Source of the DNA: an uncultured Verrucomicrobiae bacterium
Lineage (GTDB): Bacteria > Verrucomicrobiota > Verrucomicrobiia > Limisphaerales > Palsa-1400
Direction: 5' to 3'
Assembly (NCBI GenBank): GCA_963702845.1
Contig: OY969763.1
Location: 2,272,001 to 2,336,000 of the forward strand
DNA: 64,000 nt
Under the pieces are notes generated by a model that was not told the DNA's origin, did no database searches, and was given only the letters and a program-made list of their open reading frames with translations. Positions 18,242 to 28,242 of the stretch are shown in pieces. The first letter of the stretch is position 1; every line of letters begins with the position of its first letter. The translations under genes and the position numbers were made by a program.

Positions 18242-20260
18242 TCACGAATAGGACCGTAAGTTCCACTCATCCACCATATCCTTCGGAAGTTCTCCCAGGA
18301 ACCGTGATGGGCGCTGGTGGAGCTCTTCTCCGGGATGATTGCCGCGTCGCAGAAACGGATAGGTAAGGTAGAGCTCGTTTCGCGCTCTGGTGATAGCGAC
18401 GTAGAACAAACGCCGTTCCTCTTCTTCACCTTCGATAGATTCGGAGGAGCGCGACGATGGGAACAACCCGTCGCACAACATGATGATAAAGACGACATCA
18501 AACTCGAGGCCTTTGGATTGGTGGATGGTCGAGAGACGAACCATTTCGTCGTCGTTCGTGCGAGCTTCGGTCTCTTCGGCTTCTTCCACACTGGTCTGCA
18601 ATGCGAGCTGGGCCAGGAATTCTTCGATCGTTTGAAACCGCTGCGCATAAGCGGCAAGCCGATCCAAATCTTCACGACGATCCTGAAAATTCGGATAACG
18701 TTCCTTCAAATATTCATCGTAGCCGGCGTCCAAAACTAATTGGATCATTCGACTGGCGCTGCTGCGGATGTCAGGACTTTCCAGTTGTGCCGTTGTGGCC
18801 ATCAACTGGGCCCAGGCAACGGCGGAACGTTTCGGTATGGACGGTGTGCATTTTTGAAGTGCAGTGGCCAACGGATTTGCGCCACTGGCAAGCGCGGCGT
18901 CGATGTTGGAGTTGAAGCACGCCCACAATTTGTCCGCCGTCTTTCCACCGATGCCCGGGAGCAATCGCACAATGCGTTTGAAGGAAAGTTCGTCGCGCGG
19001 ATTGGTTGCTAGCTTCAGGTATGCCGCGACGTCTTTCACGTGCGCCTGTTCAAAAAAACGGATGCCGCTGGTAATGCTGAATGGAATGTTGCGACGGGTC
19101 AGTTCCATCTGCAACTCGAGCGCGTGAAAGTGCGAACGATAGAGGACCGCCATATTGTTCAATGGCGTGCCTTCATCGCGCAGTTCCAACATCCGTTGGG
19201 CAACAAACGCCGCTTGCTGATCACCACTATCGCACATGACCAGAACCGGTTTTGCGCCAGATTTGCGCGCGGAAGTCAGATGTTTTTCGAACTGGTTTGT
19301 ATTCGCGGCAATCGCGGCGTTGGCCAGCTCGAGAATCTCGGGCGTGCTGCGATAGTTGGTTTCGATGCGATACAATTTCGCGGCCGGGTAACGTTCCGGA
19401 AAATTAACGATGTTCTGGAAGTGCGCGCCGCGCCACGAGTAAATGCTTTGGGAATCATCGCCGACGGCCATAATGTTTTTATGGCGCGCAACGAGCAGAT
19501 CGATCAACTCGCCCTGAATTTTGTTGGTATCCTGATACTCATCGACCAGCACGAATTGAAACCGGCGTTGGTAATCTTCGCGAACCTCGGCATGGTCCTT
19601 GAGTAATTTGACCCAAAGCAACAGCAGGTCGTCGAAGTCCATGGCGTTAGTGGATCGTTTTCGCGCGATGTACTTTACCTGCACCTGGGCGATTTGCTCG
19701 CTCAGTTCGGAAAAATAAGGAAACTGTTCCGCGAGGATTTCAGGGATAGGCTTCTCTTTGTTGGATGCGAGCGAGAATATATCACCCAAGACATCTGCCT
19801 TCGGAAAACGAGTAGCTTTGACATCGATTTGCATTTCATCGACGCAAGCTTGTAACAAGTCCTTCGCATCTTCGCGGTCCATGATGGTGAAGTCCGGCTG
19901 GTAACCGATCAAACGCGCGTGCCGACGAAGGACACGATTACCGATCGAATGGAAAGTGCCGCCCCAAAGCGTCGATAGTTCAGTCCCGAGCAAGTCGGCC
20001 ACACGACGCATCATTTCGCGAGAAGCTTTGTTAGTGAAGGTCAGTAGTAAAATGCGTTCGGCCGGTATCCCCTGCTCCAGCAAGTATGCGACCCGGTAAA
20101 TCAATGTTCTCGTTTTGCCCGAACCCGCTCCTGCGATGACCAGAGCCGGGCCGGGTGGCGCAGTGACTGCCGCATGCTGTTGTGCGTTCAGTTCCTTTGC
20201 ATAATCAATTTGCAAATGAACCGGAGTCGAAAATGGTTGCAGCACGTAATCACGCGGCAT
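18242..20260 (-). CDS. UvrD/PcrA-family SF1 DNA helicase
   Basis: AGAGSGKT, VDEYQD, VGDDSQSIY, NYRS, TIHQSKGLEF, RLFYVAITRA. Confidence 0.95.
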   Translation of the reverse strand: MPRDYVLQPFSTPVHLQIDYAKELNAQQHAAVTAPPGPALVIAGAGSGKTRTLIYRVAYLLEQGIPAERILLLTFTNKASREMMRRVADLLGTELSTLWGGTFHSIGNRVLRRHARLIGYQPDFTIMDREDAKDLLQACVDEMQIDVKATRFPKADVLGDIFSLASNKEKPIPEILAEQFPYFSELSEQIAQVQVKYIARKRSTNAMDFDDLLLLWVKLLKDHAEVREDYQRRFQFVLVDEYQDTNKIQGELIDLLVARHKNIMAVGDDSQSIYSWRGAHFQNIVNFPERYPAAKLYRIETNYRSTPEILELANAAIAANTNQFEKHLTSARKSGAKPVLVMCDSGDQQAAFVAQRMLELRDEGTPLNNMAVLYRSHFHALELQMELTRRNIPFSITSGIRFFEQAHVKDVAAYLKLATNPRDELSFKRIVRLLPGIGGKTADKLWACFNSNIDAALASGANPLATALQKCTPSIPKRSAVAWAQLMATTAQLESPDIRSSASRMIQLVLDAGYDEYLKERYPNFQDRREDLDRLAAYAQRFQTIEEFLAQLALQTSVEEAEETEARTNDDEMVRLSTIHQSKGLEFDVVFIIMLCDGLFPSSRSSESIEGEEEERRLFYVAITRARNELYLTYPFLRRGNHPGEELHQRPSRFLGELPKDMVDEWNLRSYS

Positions 20261-20513
20261 GGAGAAACTTTGGATGACGAAGAGGAAAACTCAATGCGGA
20301 ATCGCGCCCACTCAATTCGTCTCCACCGTCCAATCGCGCGTCAGCAACGTTGCTTTATCGATCGTCAGCGGCCTTTTATGAAACGGTGCCCTCCCATAAA
20401 CCCCTTGCATTACCGTCCGTCCGGCACAACATCGATGAGCTCGCCTATGAACAACCTGTTCGGATATCAAAATTATAGCGACACCGCGTCGCATAATCAT
20501 TGTTAGCAAAAAT

Positions 20514-20987
20514 ATGGGTGCCCACCATTTTAAGCTCTATGTCGTGCCGCCCGGGTCCCGCCCGGTGCGCGACGCAGATGGCGACTATGAGGGCTTCTTT
20601 CTTCTCGGGTTTGACCTACCTGCCGTAGTCGTTCAGCGTTTCCGTTCACTTTTCCCTAACGCTAATCCGTGGGGTGGAGTCGAGGAGTTCAACAGTCCTT
20701 CGCCCTGGGGGTCCGATCTCCGTATATTCCATGAAGATGATGGGAGGATCGCCGAGGTCGTCATGCGATACGCCCCGGCGGGCGATCCGATTCAGTTCTT
20801 ACTCGCGTTCGTTGAGGCCGCGAAGGAAGCAGGTTGCGAGCTGCTTGTGGAGACTACCGGTGAGGTAATCCCTCCAGATTTTGAGCGTGTTGTTGCTGCA
20901 CTGCGCACGCACCGCGCATTCCGTTTTCTGCGCGACCCAGAGGGTGCGATCAAGCAAGCCGCCGATGAAACAAACCAGAACTGCTAA
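20514..20987 (+). CDS. Hypothetical protein (cassette gene)
   Basis: 157-aa ORF with its stop codon inside the attC inverse core site. Confidence 0.7.
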   Translation: MGAHHFKLYVVPPGSRPVRDADGDYEGFFLLGFDLPAVVVQRFRSLFPNANPWGGVEEFNSPSPWGSDLRIFHEDDGRIAEVVMRYAPAGDPIQFLLAFVEAAKEAGCELLVETTGEVIPPDFERVVAALRTHRAFRFLRDPEGAIKQAADETNQNC

Positions 20988-21074
20988 CCATCGCGCTGGA
21001 GTGGATGCCGGGTTCCCGCTTCTGTTTGCATTCGGACATCGTCGGCCCGGCCCCCCTCAGCGCGGTCATCAGAC
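20982..21074 (+). repeat. attC-like site (right core degenerate)
   Basis: TGCTAAC; CGCGCTGGAG pairs with CTCAGCGCG leaving one bulged base; GCCGGG/CCCGGC inner stem. Confidence 0.7.
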
Positions 21075-21075
21075 A

Positions 21076-22017
21076 ATGTATCTCCCTACGAGAGTCATAC
21101 GGTTCCTGATCTGGGTTGTTCTCGCGTCGGCTTGGGGTTGTCGGCAAACGCCCGACGAATTCGGCGAGGTTCATCGTGATAAACACGTCCTTGAACAATC
21201 TCACACTTCGTTTTGGGTCTATTACACTGAAAGCACGGCTGCGGTTAAGAGGCCCGTCGTGTTGGTTGCTGCGGCCGGTTCGGGCCTTTTTTTCGGGAAA
21301 AGCCTGGCCGAGGACGATGTGCCAGAGCACCTCCCTTATGCCGAAGCTGGCTTCGTCGTCATTGCCTATGACGTGAGTGGTCCGCTGTCGCGAAATCCAT
21401 CAGACCCTGAGATTGTGACGGCGTCTCGCCTTTTTAAGGAATCGGATGGTGGAGTTCGGGATGGTCTGGCGGCGCTTGCGTTTGCCGAGAAAAAATACAG
21501 CTTCATCGATTCAAATGAAGTGTATGTGGCAGGACACAGTTCTGCGGGCACGGTCGCGCTTGCGCTGGCACAGAAGAGTCCGAGAGTTAAAGGTTGTGTG
21601 GCTTACGCCCCCGTATGCGACCCGCACAGTTGGGTTGGCAAAGAAAGGCTTGAGGCGCTTGAGGTCAACATCCCCGGTTTTGAGCAGTTCTTTACCACCT
21701 ATTCTCCAAAATATAATATAGCGGCGCTCAAGTGCCCCGTGTTTATATTTCACGCTGAAGATGATCCCGGCGTCTTGCCTGCAGACCTGGATGCTTACGT
21801 GTCAGAGCTGGAGAAAACGAACAAACGTGTGACGCATATAAAAGTAAAAGAGGGGGGGCACTATAATTCGATGATTGATCCAGGTCTTGCGGAAGGGGTG
21901 TCATGGTTTCTCAAGCTTCGGGCGAAGATTGCCGAATCAGAAGGTCCAGCGAACGGGAGCCAGCCGATTCGCCCAGAGACAAATTCAACATCATCGACAA
22001 TTGGCTCCAGTCGCTGA
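21076..22017 (+). CDS. Alpha/beta hydrolase (S9-like), probable lipoprotein; cassette gene
   Basis: GHSSAG nucleophile, HAEDD, GGH; signal ending AWGC; ATG 21076 immediately after attC. Confidence 0.8.
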   Translation: MYLPTRVIRFLIWVVLASAWGCRQTPDEFGEVHRDKHVLEQSHTSFWVYYTESTAAVKRPVVLVAAAGSGLFFGKSLAEDDVPEHLPYAEAGFVVIAYDVSGPLSRNPSDPEIVTASRLFKESDGGVRDGLAALAFAEKKYSFIDSNEVYVAGHSSAGTVALALAQKSPRVKGCVAYAPVCDPHSWVGKERLEALEVNIPGFEQFFTTYSPKYNIAALKCPVFIFHAEDDPGVLPADLDAYVSELEKTNKRVTHIKVKEGGHYNSMIDPGLAEGVSWFLKLRAKIAESEGPANGSQPIRPETNSTSSTIGSSR

Positions 22018-22032
22018 CCTGAAACGTTCGCG
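21931..22032 (+). repeat. attC-like site
   Basis: GCCGAAT...AGGTCCAGCGA/TCGCTGACCT with one bulge, GGAGCCA/TGGCTCC stem, GTTCGCG end. Confidence 0.7.
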
Positions 22033-22069
22033 CACGGAGTAGACGCCAATGGGAACTACACGCTCCTGT

Positions 22070-24529
22070 TCAGTTGATGAACAACGCTTCGTTGGTCTGG
22101 AGCAAAGCGTGCGCGTACTTTTCCCACGCACCAATGCGCTTAAGCTGTGACGCCGGAATATTTGCCAGACTCATTGCCGGCGCTTTCTTTCCACCGCCGC
22201 CCTTGCGCTGTTTGCTTACAAACTGACGTCCTTCGGCGGAAATAGCCTCGGGCGCGGGCGAGTCGGTGATGAAGGCCGCCGCCAACTGAAGCTCCACATC
22301 CGTCGGCTCGCGCTGGAAAATGTGCTCGTACAAATAAGCGATGCGCGATGCGGCGTCCGCGCAGTCGGTAAATGCTTTTTGGTTCACGAGATTTCGCGCC
22401 TGCTCAACAACCAACGGATTATTCATCATGAACAACGCCTGTTGCGGAACGATGGTTTCATAACGCTTACCCGTCGTCACATCGGGGTTGGCGAAATCGA
22501 ACTGGTTGTAAACTTCGGGCAAATTGCGACGATCGACATTGCCGTAAATCGTGCGACGGCGGGAATAAGGTTGTTCACCCAGATTCACTGGACGCCCATA
22601 CATTTTAAGATCAAGCACCCCGCCGATGGCCAGAATCGAGTCGCGCATCGCTTCGAACTCAAGCCGGTGAATATTCGCGCGCCAGAGCAAACGGTTCTGT
22701 GGATCTTGTTGGGCGTAACGCGGATTATCTTCGCTGCCCTGCTGGTAGGTATTCGACAGCATAATCGAGCGATGCAGCTTTTTCAGCGACCACCCGTCAG
22801 TCATAAACTTTGCGGCAAGATAATCCAGCAACTCAGGATGACTTGGCGGCTCGGATTGGTTTCCAATATCATCCGGCGTGGTGACGAAGCCTTCACCGAA
22901 ATGATGCATCCAAACGCGGTTAACAATCACGCGCGGCGTCAGAGGGTTGAACGGACTGACGATCGATTGCGCGAGCTCCAGCCTTCCGCTGCCACTACGA
23001 AACGGAGAGCGCGTGCCGCCGAAAATTTCCAGGAACCGCCGTTGAACCAAATCCCCCTGGCTTTGCGCCTCACCACGAATGAAGACATGCGAGTCCTTTG
23101 GTTTGATCGCATCATATAATGCATTGGCGCGAGGTGGCGCTCCCGGATGACTCACGTCCAATCGGGTCAAATCCCGTTGCAGTTCGGTTTCCTCTTTCTT
23201 GATGTCCTTCTGCTTAACCCCTGATTTTCTACGCTGACGAGCATTCTGTTGCAAAGAAGCTAACTTCTGCTCCAGCGCTGCGCGCTTCTTCGCGTAATCC
23301 ATATAATCGGCTGTCGGCTTAATCGTCCCGAGAACCGGCTCCTCTCCGGGTTCGGCTGAGCTATTGAACACACCGTGCAACGCGTAATAATCCTTCTGCG
23401 AAACAGGGTCGAACTTGTGATCATGACAACGGGCACATGTGACGGTCAGCCCCATTGTTCCCTTGCACACGACGTCGATGCGGTCGTTGATGATGTCGTT
23501 GTTGTTTTCGTTGAAGCGGTCGCCCAACGTAAGAAACCCTTCCGCCGCGAGCGCCGTGCGATTCTGGTCTTGCGGCATTTTGTCACCGGCGATTTGCTCG
23601 AGCAGAAAACGATTATATGGCTTGTCATCGTTAAGCGAGCGAATGACATAGTCGCGATACGTCCAGGCGTTTGGATAAATCGGCGCTTCCCGATTCTTCT
23701 TCACGTCACCCTTCGTGTCGGAATATCGCGCCACGTCGAGCCAATACCGGCCCCAGCGTTCACCGTATTGCGGTGAGGCGAGCAAACGATCGACAACTTT
23801 CGCGTAAGCATCCGATGAAGTGTCGTCGACAAAAGCCTTAACCTCCTCCGGCGTCGGCGGCAGGCCGGTTAAATCAAACGTCGCGCGCCGGATGAGCGTG
23901 CGTTTATCGGCAGGCGCTGAAGGCTTCATCCCGTTTTGTTCCAACTTGCCGAGGACAAATTGATCGATCGGGTTCGCCACCCAGTTTGTGTTTTGAACCT
24001 CAGGCGGGCTGACGCGTTTAATCGCCTGAAAAGCCCAATGTTTACGCGGATCTTTCGCCCAGGTTTTGCCGGCACTGGCGACACGCGGGTCCGGTGCCCC
24101 CATCCGAATCCACGTCACCAACGTATCAATGTCCGCATCTGAAAGCTTTTTGCCCTTTGGCGGCATCTGCAAATCCGGATCGCTATAACGCACCGCCTTG
24201 ATTAACAAACTGCGCTCCGGATCACCGGGCACGATTGCTGGGCCATTCTCGCCGCCTTTGAGAATGCTATCCTTGAATTCCAACGACAAACCGCCCTTCA
24301 ACTTCTCTGCCTCCGAGCTGTGGCATTTGTAACAATTATTGACCAGAATGGGCCGCACCTTGTTCTCGAAAAACTGGACCTGATCGGAGGAAGCAGGCTT
24401 TGCTAACGGCGTTGCAGCCTCCGCTGACAGCATTGAGCCAATGACAGCACTGACCGACAAAAGGGTTATTGTGAGCTGTTTCAATCCACTCCTATAATAT
24501 GACGGCGACCGTTTGGCTGCAATTGTCAT
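22070..24529 (-). CDS. Planctomycete-type cytochrome c / DUF1549 / DUF1553 protein
   Basis: CYKCH and CARCH heme motifs, HWAF, LIRRATFDLTGLPPT, PSHPELLDYLA, PQQALFMMN. Confidence 0.92.
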   Translation of the reverse strand: MTIAAKRSPSYYRSGLKQLTITLLSVSAVIGSMLSAEAATPLAKPASSDQVQFFENKVRPILVNNCYKCHSSEAEKLKGGLSLEFKDSILKGGENGPAIVPGDPERSLLIKAVRYSDPDLQMPPKGKKLSDADIDTLVTWIRMGAPDPRVASAGKTWAKDPRKHWAFQAIKRVSPPEVQNTNWVANPIDQFVLGKLEQNGMKPSAPADKRTLIRRATFDLTGLPPTPEEVKAFVDDTSSDAYAKVVDRLLASPQYGERWGRYWLDVARYSDTKGDVKKNREAPIYPNAWTYRDYVIRSLNDDKPYNRFLLEQIAGDKMPQDQNRTALAAEGFLTLGDRFNENNNDIINDRIDVVCKGTMGLTVTCARCHDHKFDPVSQKDYYALHGVFNSSAEPGEEPVLGTIKPTADYMDYAKKRAALEQKLASLQQNARQRRKSGVKQKDIKKEETELQRDLTRLDVSHPGAPPRANALYDAIKPKDSHVFIRGEAQSQGDLVQRRFLEIFGGTRSPFRSGSGRLELAQSIVSPFNPLTPRVIVNRVWMHHFGEGFVTTPDDIGNQSEPPSHPELLDYLAAKFMTDGWSLKKLHRSIMLSNTYQQGSEDNPRYAQQDPQNRLLWRANIHRLEFEAMRDSILAIGGVLDLKMYGRPVNLGEQPYSRRRTIYGNVDRRNLPEVYNQFDFANPDVTTGKRYETIVPQQALFMMNNPLVVEQARNLVNQKAFTDCADAASRIAYLYEHIFQREPTDVELQLAAAFITDSPAPEAISAEGRQFVSKQRKGGGGKKAPAMSLANIPASQLKRIGAWEKYAHALLQTNEALFIN

Positions 24530-24672
24530 CCTGATAACAAAAGACGGTTAGCGCCCATAGAAGGTTTCGAAATTCCACTAGCCTGTCATTAGCACAGTTG
24601 AGCTTTTGACCGCACACCATCAATTTCGATTGTCAGCGGCCCAAAAGGTGGCAAAGTAATTATAACCCAATT

Positions 24673-25500
24673 ATGCAAACCCAACATTTGCGACATGGAG
24701 CGTATAATCGCTTCCAACCGGCCTTCACGCTCATCGAGCTACTAGTCGTCATTGCCATCATCGCTATCCTGGCGAGCCTCATTTTACCCGGGCTTGCCCG
24801 CGCCAAAGAAAAAGCCTACCAGACCAAATGTCGCAGCAATATGCACGAGATCGCGACTGCGATCATGATGTACACGCCTGATAACCGCGAACAACTGCCC
24901 GGGCCCACCTGGTCGGGAATGTTTTTTACCTACACGCGGCAAGGCGTTGTCAAAGACAGCTTTGATAAAAACTCCTACGATTCCTATGGTTCGCTACTTT
25001 ATTACATCGCCGCCTACCTGGGACAAAAAAACCCCGATTTCACTATACGCACCGCCATTGTTGCTCAATGCCCGAGCGAAATCAGACGTATTCCGCTGGA
25101 AGCCCATAATCCCAAAACCGTGCAAACTCCTCCCCTCGGCGTCCCGGTAAGCTATGTCTCGCCCTTTACCATCACAAACCAGATCGTTTCTGGAAAATGG
25201 ACTTTCGACCCTGCCATCGACTTCGAATATCCATTCGGACGTCCACAGGTATCAACTTACGCGCCGTCGCAACTGATGACTTATACTCCTTCTCAGAAAA
25301 TTACAAAGTTTCGCCTCCCCTCCAGCACCTGGGCAATGGTCGACTGCGATTATCAAATGATGAACTTCGGGATGGGCGGCTCAACCAGCACCACCTACAT
25401 CGATTTTATCCCGGAGTATCCCGTCCATGGGAAAAATCCTGGACTCAGAAATTATATGTATTTCGACGGCAGCATCCGCACAGCGAAAACGACCTACTAA
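24673..25500 (+). CDS. Prepilin-type N-terminal cleavage/methylation protein with H-X9-DG C-terminus
   Basis: AFTLIELLVVIAIIAILASL and HGKNPGLRNYMYFDG. Confidence 0.9.
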   Translation: MQTQHLRHGAYNRFQPAFTLIELLVVIAIIAILASLILPGLARAKEKAYQTKCRSNMHEIATAIMMYTPDNREQLPGPTWSGMFFTYTRQGVVKDSFDKNSYDSYGSLLYYIAAYLGQKNPDFTIRTAIVAQCPSEIRRIPLEAHNPKTVQTPPLGVPVSYVSPFTITNQIVSGKWTFDPAIDFEYPFGRPQVSTYAPSQLMTYTPSQKITKFRLPSSTWAMVDCDYQMMNFGMGGSTSTTYIDFIPEYPVHGKNPGLRNYMYFDGSIRTAKTTY

Positions 25501-26147
25501 ACAGCCCCGTCGTCTTGCTCGTCCATTTGCGGATAAATGTCGGGCTTAAGCTGCCCTCGGCGTATTAGCTCCTGCAGGTCCCGAATAATCGTCCGACGCG
25601 CCACTTTAAACTGCCGTGCCAGTGCGGAAATATTTGGTTGTTCCTTACTGTCGCGCAGGAGCTGTTCCATTTGGGTTTGGCGGGTCAGGCGATCGGTTGA
25701 TCGGCTGAACAGTTCCAGAGCATCAACGCGACGCGAACGTTCCAAAGCTTCGAACTGCCGCACTACCTCGGCCTCGCCACATTCCCGCAGCGCAATTTCC
25801 ACCGTCCGCTTCAACTCATGCACATCGACCGGTTTGGGAAGGCAAAAGTGCGCACGCAAAGGCCCTTGCAACGCGCGCAATTGTTGGTGCACCTCCAAAG
25901 CACCGGAAACGACCAGGACCGGGACATACGGCAACAACTGCCGGAGCGACGGCAGGAAATCCAAGCCCTTCTGACCTTTGTCGAGGATATGGTCGAGAAT
26001 GACGATGTTAGGCGGGTTCGTTGAAGCTGCCTTAACCGCATCACTTCCAGTGAGGGCTCGGGTCAGTTCAAAATCAGCCAAAGCGTCCTCATAGATCTCA
26101 TATTGCAAATCGTCATCTTCGATGATGAGGATTTTGCTACGCTTCAT
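25497..26147 (-). CDS. Response regulator with C-terminal HTH
   Basis: ILIIEDD, VILDH, VVSG, LPKP; NISALARQFKVARRTIIRDLQEL helix-turn-helix. Confidence 0.85.
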   Translation of the reverse strand: MKRSKILIIEDDDLQYEIYEDALADFELTRALTGSDAVKAASTNPPNIVILDHILDKGQKGLDFLPSLRQLLPYVPVLVVSGALEVHQQLRALQGPLRAHFCLPKPVDVHELKRTVEIALRECGEAEVVRQFEALERSRRVDALELFSRSTDRLTRQTQMEQLLRDSKEQPNISALARQFKVARRTIIRDLQELIRRGQLKPDIYPQMDEQDDGAV

Positions 26148-26225
26148 AATTGAAATGATGGTACGACCGTCCCCCCGTAATATCAAGCACGCGCACTGAG
26201 CAGGCTGTGATTCAAAGATGCTCAA

Positions 26226-26381
26226 CCGTATCGCAGGTTTCCAAACCGGTTCGCGGGAGCGAACGGCAAAATAATTTGTTCTAATCTCCCCTATCGCCGA
26301 TTTCCAAATCGGCAGGCGTCGGAAGCAGAACGCGCTCTAAAATCTACCACGCGCATTCAGGTCGGAACTCTGCGATACGGC
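26226..26381. repeat. REP-like palindromic cluster
   Basis: ccgtatcgcaggtttccaaacc (identical at 32232-32253), gccgatttccaaatcggc, ctgcgatacgg. Confidence 0.65.
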
Positions 26382-26458
26382 ATCATGCCCCCCATTTTCA
26401 ATCAACCCCACCTGAGCGATGATTTGCAGTTTGCCGCCGGACAACCTAACTTCTCCCA

Positions 26459-27274
26459 GTGCACAAGATTGCATTTTCAATAGGGAGCTTTGATGTGGCC
26501 TGGTACGGCGTCCTGCTGGCGATCGGTTTCCTTGCCGGTTTTTGGCTGGCGGCCCGACGCGCTCCGCGTACGGGCATCGACCCGAATACCGTCTACGACA
26601 TCATCCCGTGGCTGCTGCTCGGTTCCATTGCCGGCGCGCGAACCCTCTACGTGATTTCCTATTGGAAACAAGATTTCGCAAATCAACCAATTTGGGAAGT
26701 GCTCATGATTCGCCACGGCGGCTTGGTTTTTTATGGCGGCCTCCTTGGCGCGATTGTCGGCGTGATGCTTTTCGCGTGGCGCAAACACGTCCCGTTATGG
26801 AAGCTCAGCGACGTCCTAAGCCCGAGTGTCCCGGTCGGCTATTTCTTCGGCCGCTTCGGCTGTTTAATGAACGGTTGCTGTTACGGTCGGCCAACCGAAT
26901 TGCCTTGGGGAATTCATTTTCCGGGAGCTTGTCCCGATTGGCCGCAAGGCCATCCATCCTGGCCAAACGCCGTCCATCCCACGCAGATCTACGACTCGCT
27001 ATTGAACCTTGGCCTTTGGATCGGCTTGGCATGGCTCTATCGCCGCAAAAAATTCGATGGCCAGGTCTTCGCCGTTTACCTCATGGCCTACGCCGTCACA
27101 CGCTCAACGGTCGAATTTTTTCGAGGCGATTATTCGAATATCGGCCTGATGACCCCCGCGCAACTATTGAGCATCCCAATCATGGCAGCTGGAATATTAC
27201 TCTATTGGTATCTCTCCCACGTCGGCGCAGCGGCCGCAGCTCCAAGCTCCAAATCATTGAAGGTCCAAAGCTAA
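26459..27274 (+). CDS. lgt: Prolipoprotein diacylglyceryl transferase
   Basis: WYG, GARTLYV, GGLVFYGG, GRFGCLMNGCCYG, HPTQIY, VEFFR. Confidence 0.95.
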   Translation: MHKIAFSIGSFDVAWYGVLLAIGFLAGFWLAARRAPRTGIDPNTVYDIIPWLLLGSIAGARTLYVISYWKQDFANQPIWEVLMIRHGGLVFYGGLLGAIVGVMLFAWRKHVPLWKLSDVLSPSVPVGYFFGRFGCLMNGCCYGRPTELPWGIHFPGACPDWPQGHPSWPNAVHPTQIYDSLLNLGLWIGLAWLYRRKKFDGQVFAVYLMAYAVTRSTVEFFRGDYSNIGLMTPAQLLSIPIMAAGILLYWYLSHVGAAAAAPSSKSLKVQS

Positions 27275-27313
27275 GTTGTAGTCGTTTCGAAAACTGATAC
27301 TGATTACCGAACA

Positions 27314-28201
27314 CTGAACACTACTCCTTCACCCATCTTCATTGCTGGCGCGACCGCCGTCGGCAAATCCGAAATCGCTCTGCAACTCGCCGAGCGCATT
27401 CATGGCGAAATCATTTCCGTCGATTCGATGCAGGTCTATCGCGGCCTCGACATTGGAACCGCCAAACCCTCGCGCGAAGAACAACAACGCATTCCCCATC
27501 ACTTGATCGATGTCGCGGAATTAAACGAATCCTTTGATGCCGCCCGATTCGTGACGTTGGCCAAAGCCGCCGTTGAAGAAATTCACTCACGCGGCAAAGT
27601 ACCCATTTTCTGCGGCGGCACCGGACTTTACTTCAAAGCTTACCTGGACGGCTTGGGTGAAGCGCCTCCATCAGATCCCCTGCTCCGCTCCCAACTCGAA
27701 TCAACGCCGCTCGAGCAACTCCTGCCAGAACTGCAACAACGCGATCCCGTAACCTACGACAAAATCGATCGCCAAAACCCGCGTCGAGTCGTGCGCGCCC
27801 TCGAAGTCATCCGTCTCACCGGCAAGCCATTTTCAGAACAACGCGCCGCGTGGAAATCCACGTCGCACCCCAACGCTTTCGGGATCACTCGCTGTTCCTC
27901 CGAACTCGTCGACCGCATCCATCAACGTGTCGACGCGATGTTTCGTCAGGGCCTCGTTAGCGAGACCGAAGCATTACTCAAAAGCGGCCTCGAACAAAAT
28001 CGCACCGCCATGCAAGCCATCGGCTACAAGCAAGTCGTTGAACACATCCGCGGCGAACGTTCCCTTCCCGAAACAATCGAACTCGTCAAAATCCGCACCC
28101 GCCAATTCGCCAAGCGACAATCGACCTGGTTCCGCCGCCAAATGCACCTTGATTGGTTGAATGCCGATGAACATTGCATCGCGCGAATCCTAAACAGGTA
28201 G
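27314..28201 (+). CDS. miaA: tRNA dimethylallyltransferase
   Basis: IAGATAVGKS P-loop upstream of the track start, DSMQVYRGLDIGTAKP, GGTGLY, FAKRQSTWFR; start uncertain (CTG 27314). Confidence 0.93.
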   Translation: MNTTPSPIFIAGATAVGKSEIALQLAERIHGEIISVDSMQVYRGLDIGTAKPSREEQQRIPHHLIDVAELNESFDAARFVTLAKAAVEEIHSRGKVPIFCGGTGLYFKAYLDGLGEAPPSDPLLRSQLESTPLEQLLPELQQRDPVTYDKIDRQNPRRVVRALEVIRLTGKPFSEQRAAWKSTSHPNAFGITRCSSELVDRIHQRVDAMFRQGLVSETEALLKSGLEQNRTAMQAIGYKQVVEHIRGERSLPETIELVKIRTRQFAKRQSTWFRRQMHLDWLNADEHCIARILNR

Positions 28202-28203
28202 GG

Positions 28204-28242
28204 CGCGAAGCGTCTTGGACTGCGCCAGCCCTCTGGCGCTTT
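28204..28242. repeat. 39-bp dispersed repeat
   Basis: cgcgaagcgtcttggactgcgccagccctctggcgcttt, identical at 32306-32344. Confidence 0.85.

Larger units (their letters stand above)
20502..22032 (+). mobile_element. Integrase-less integron cassette array A (two cassettes)
   Basis: GTTAGCA before gene 1 complements TGCTAAC at its stop; two attC-like palindromes. Confidence 0.7.

Noticed and set aside
20881..21075. N-terminal extension of the hydrolase
   Set aside because: Translates the previous gene and attC; the signal peptide begins at 21076
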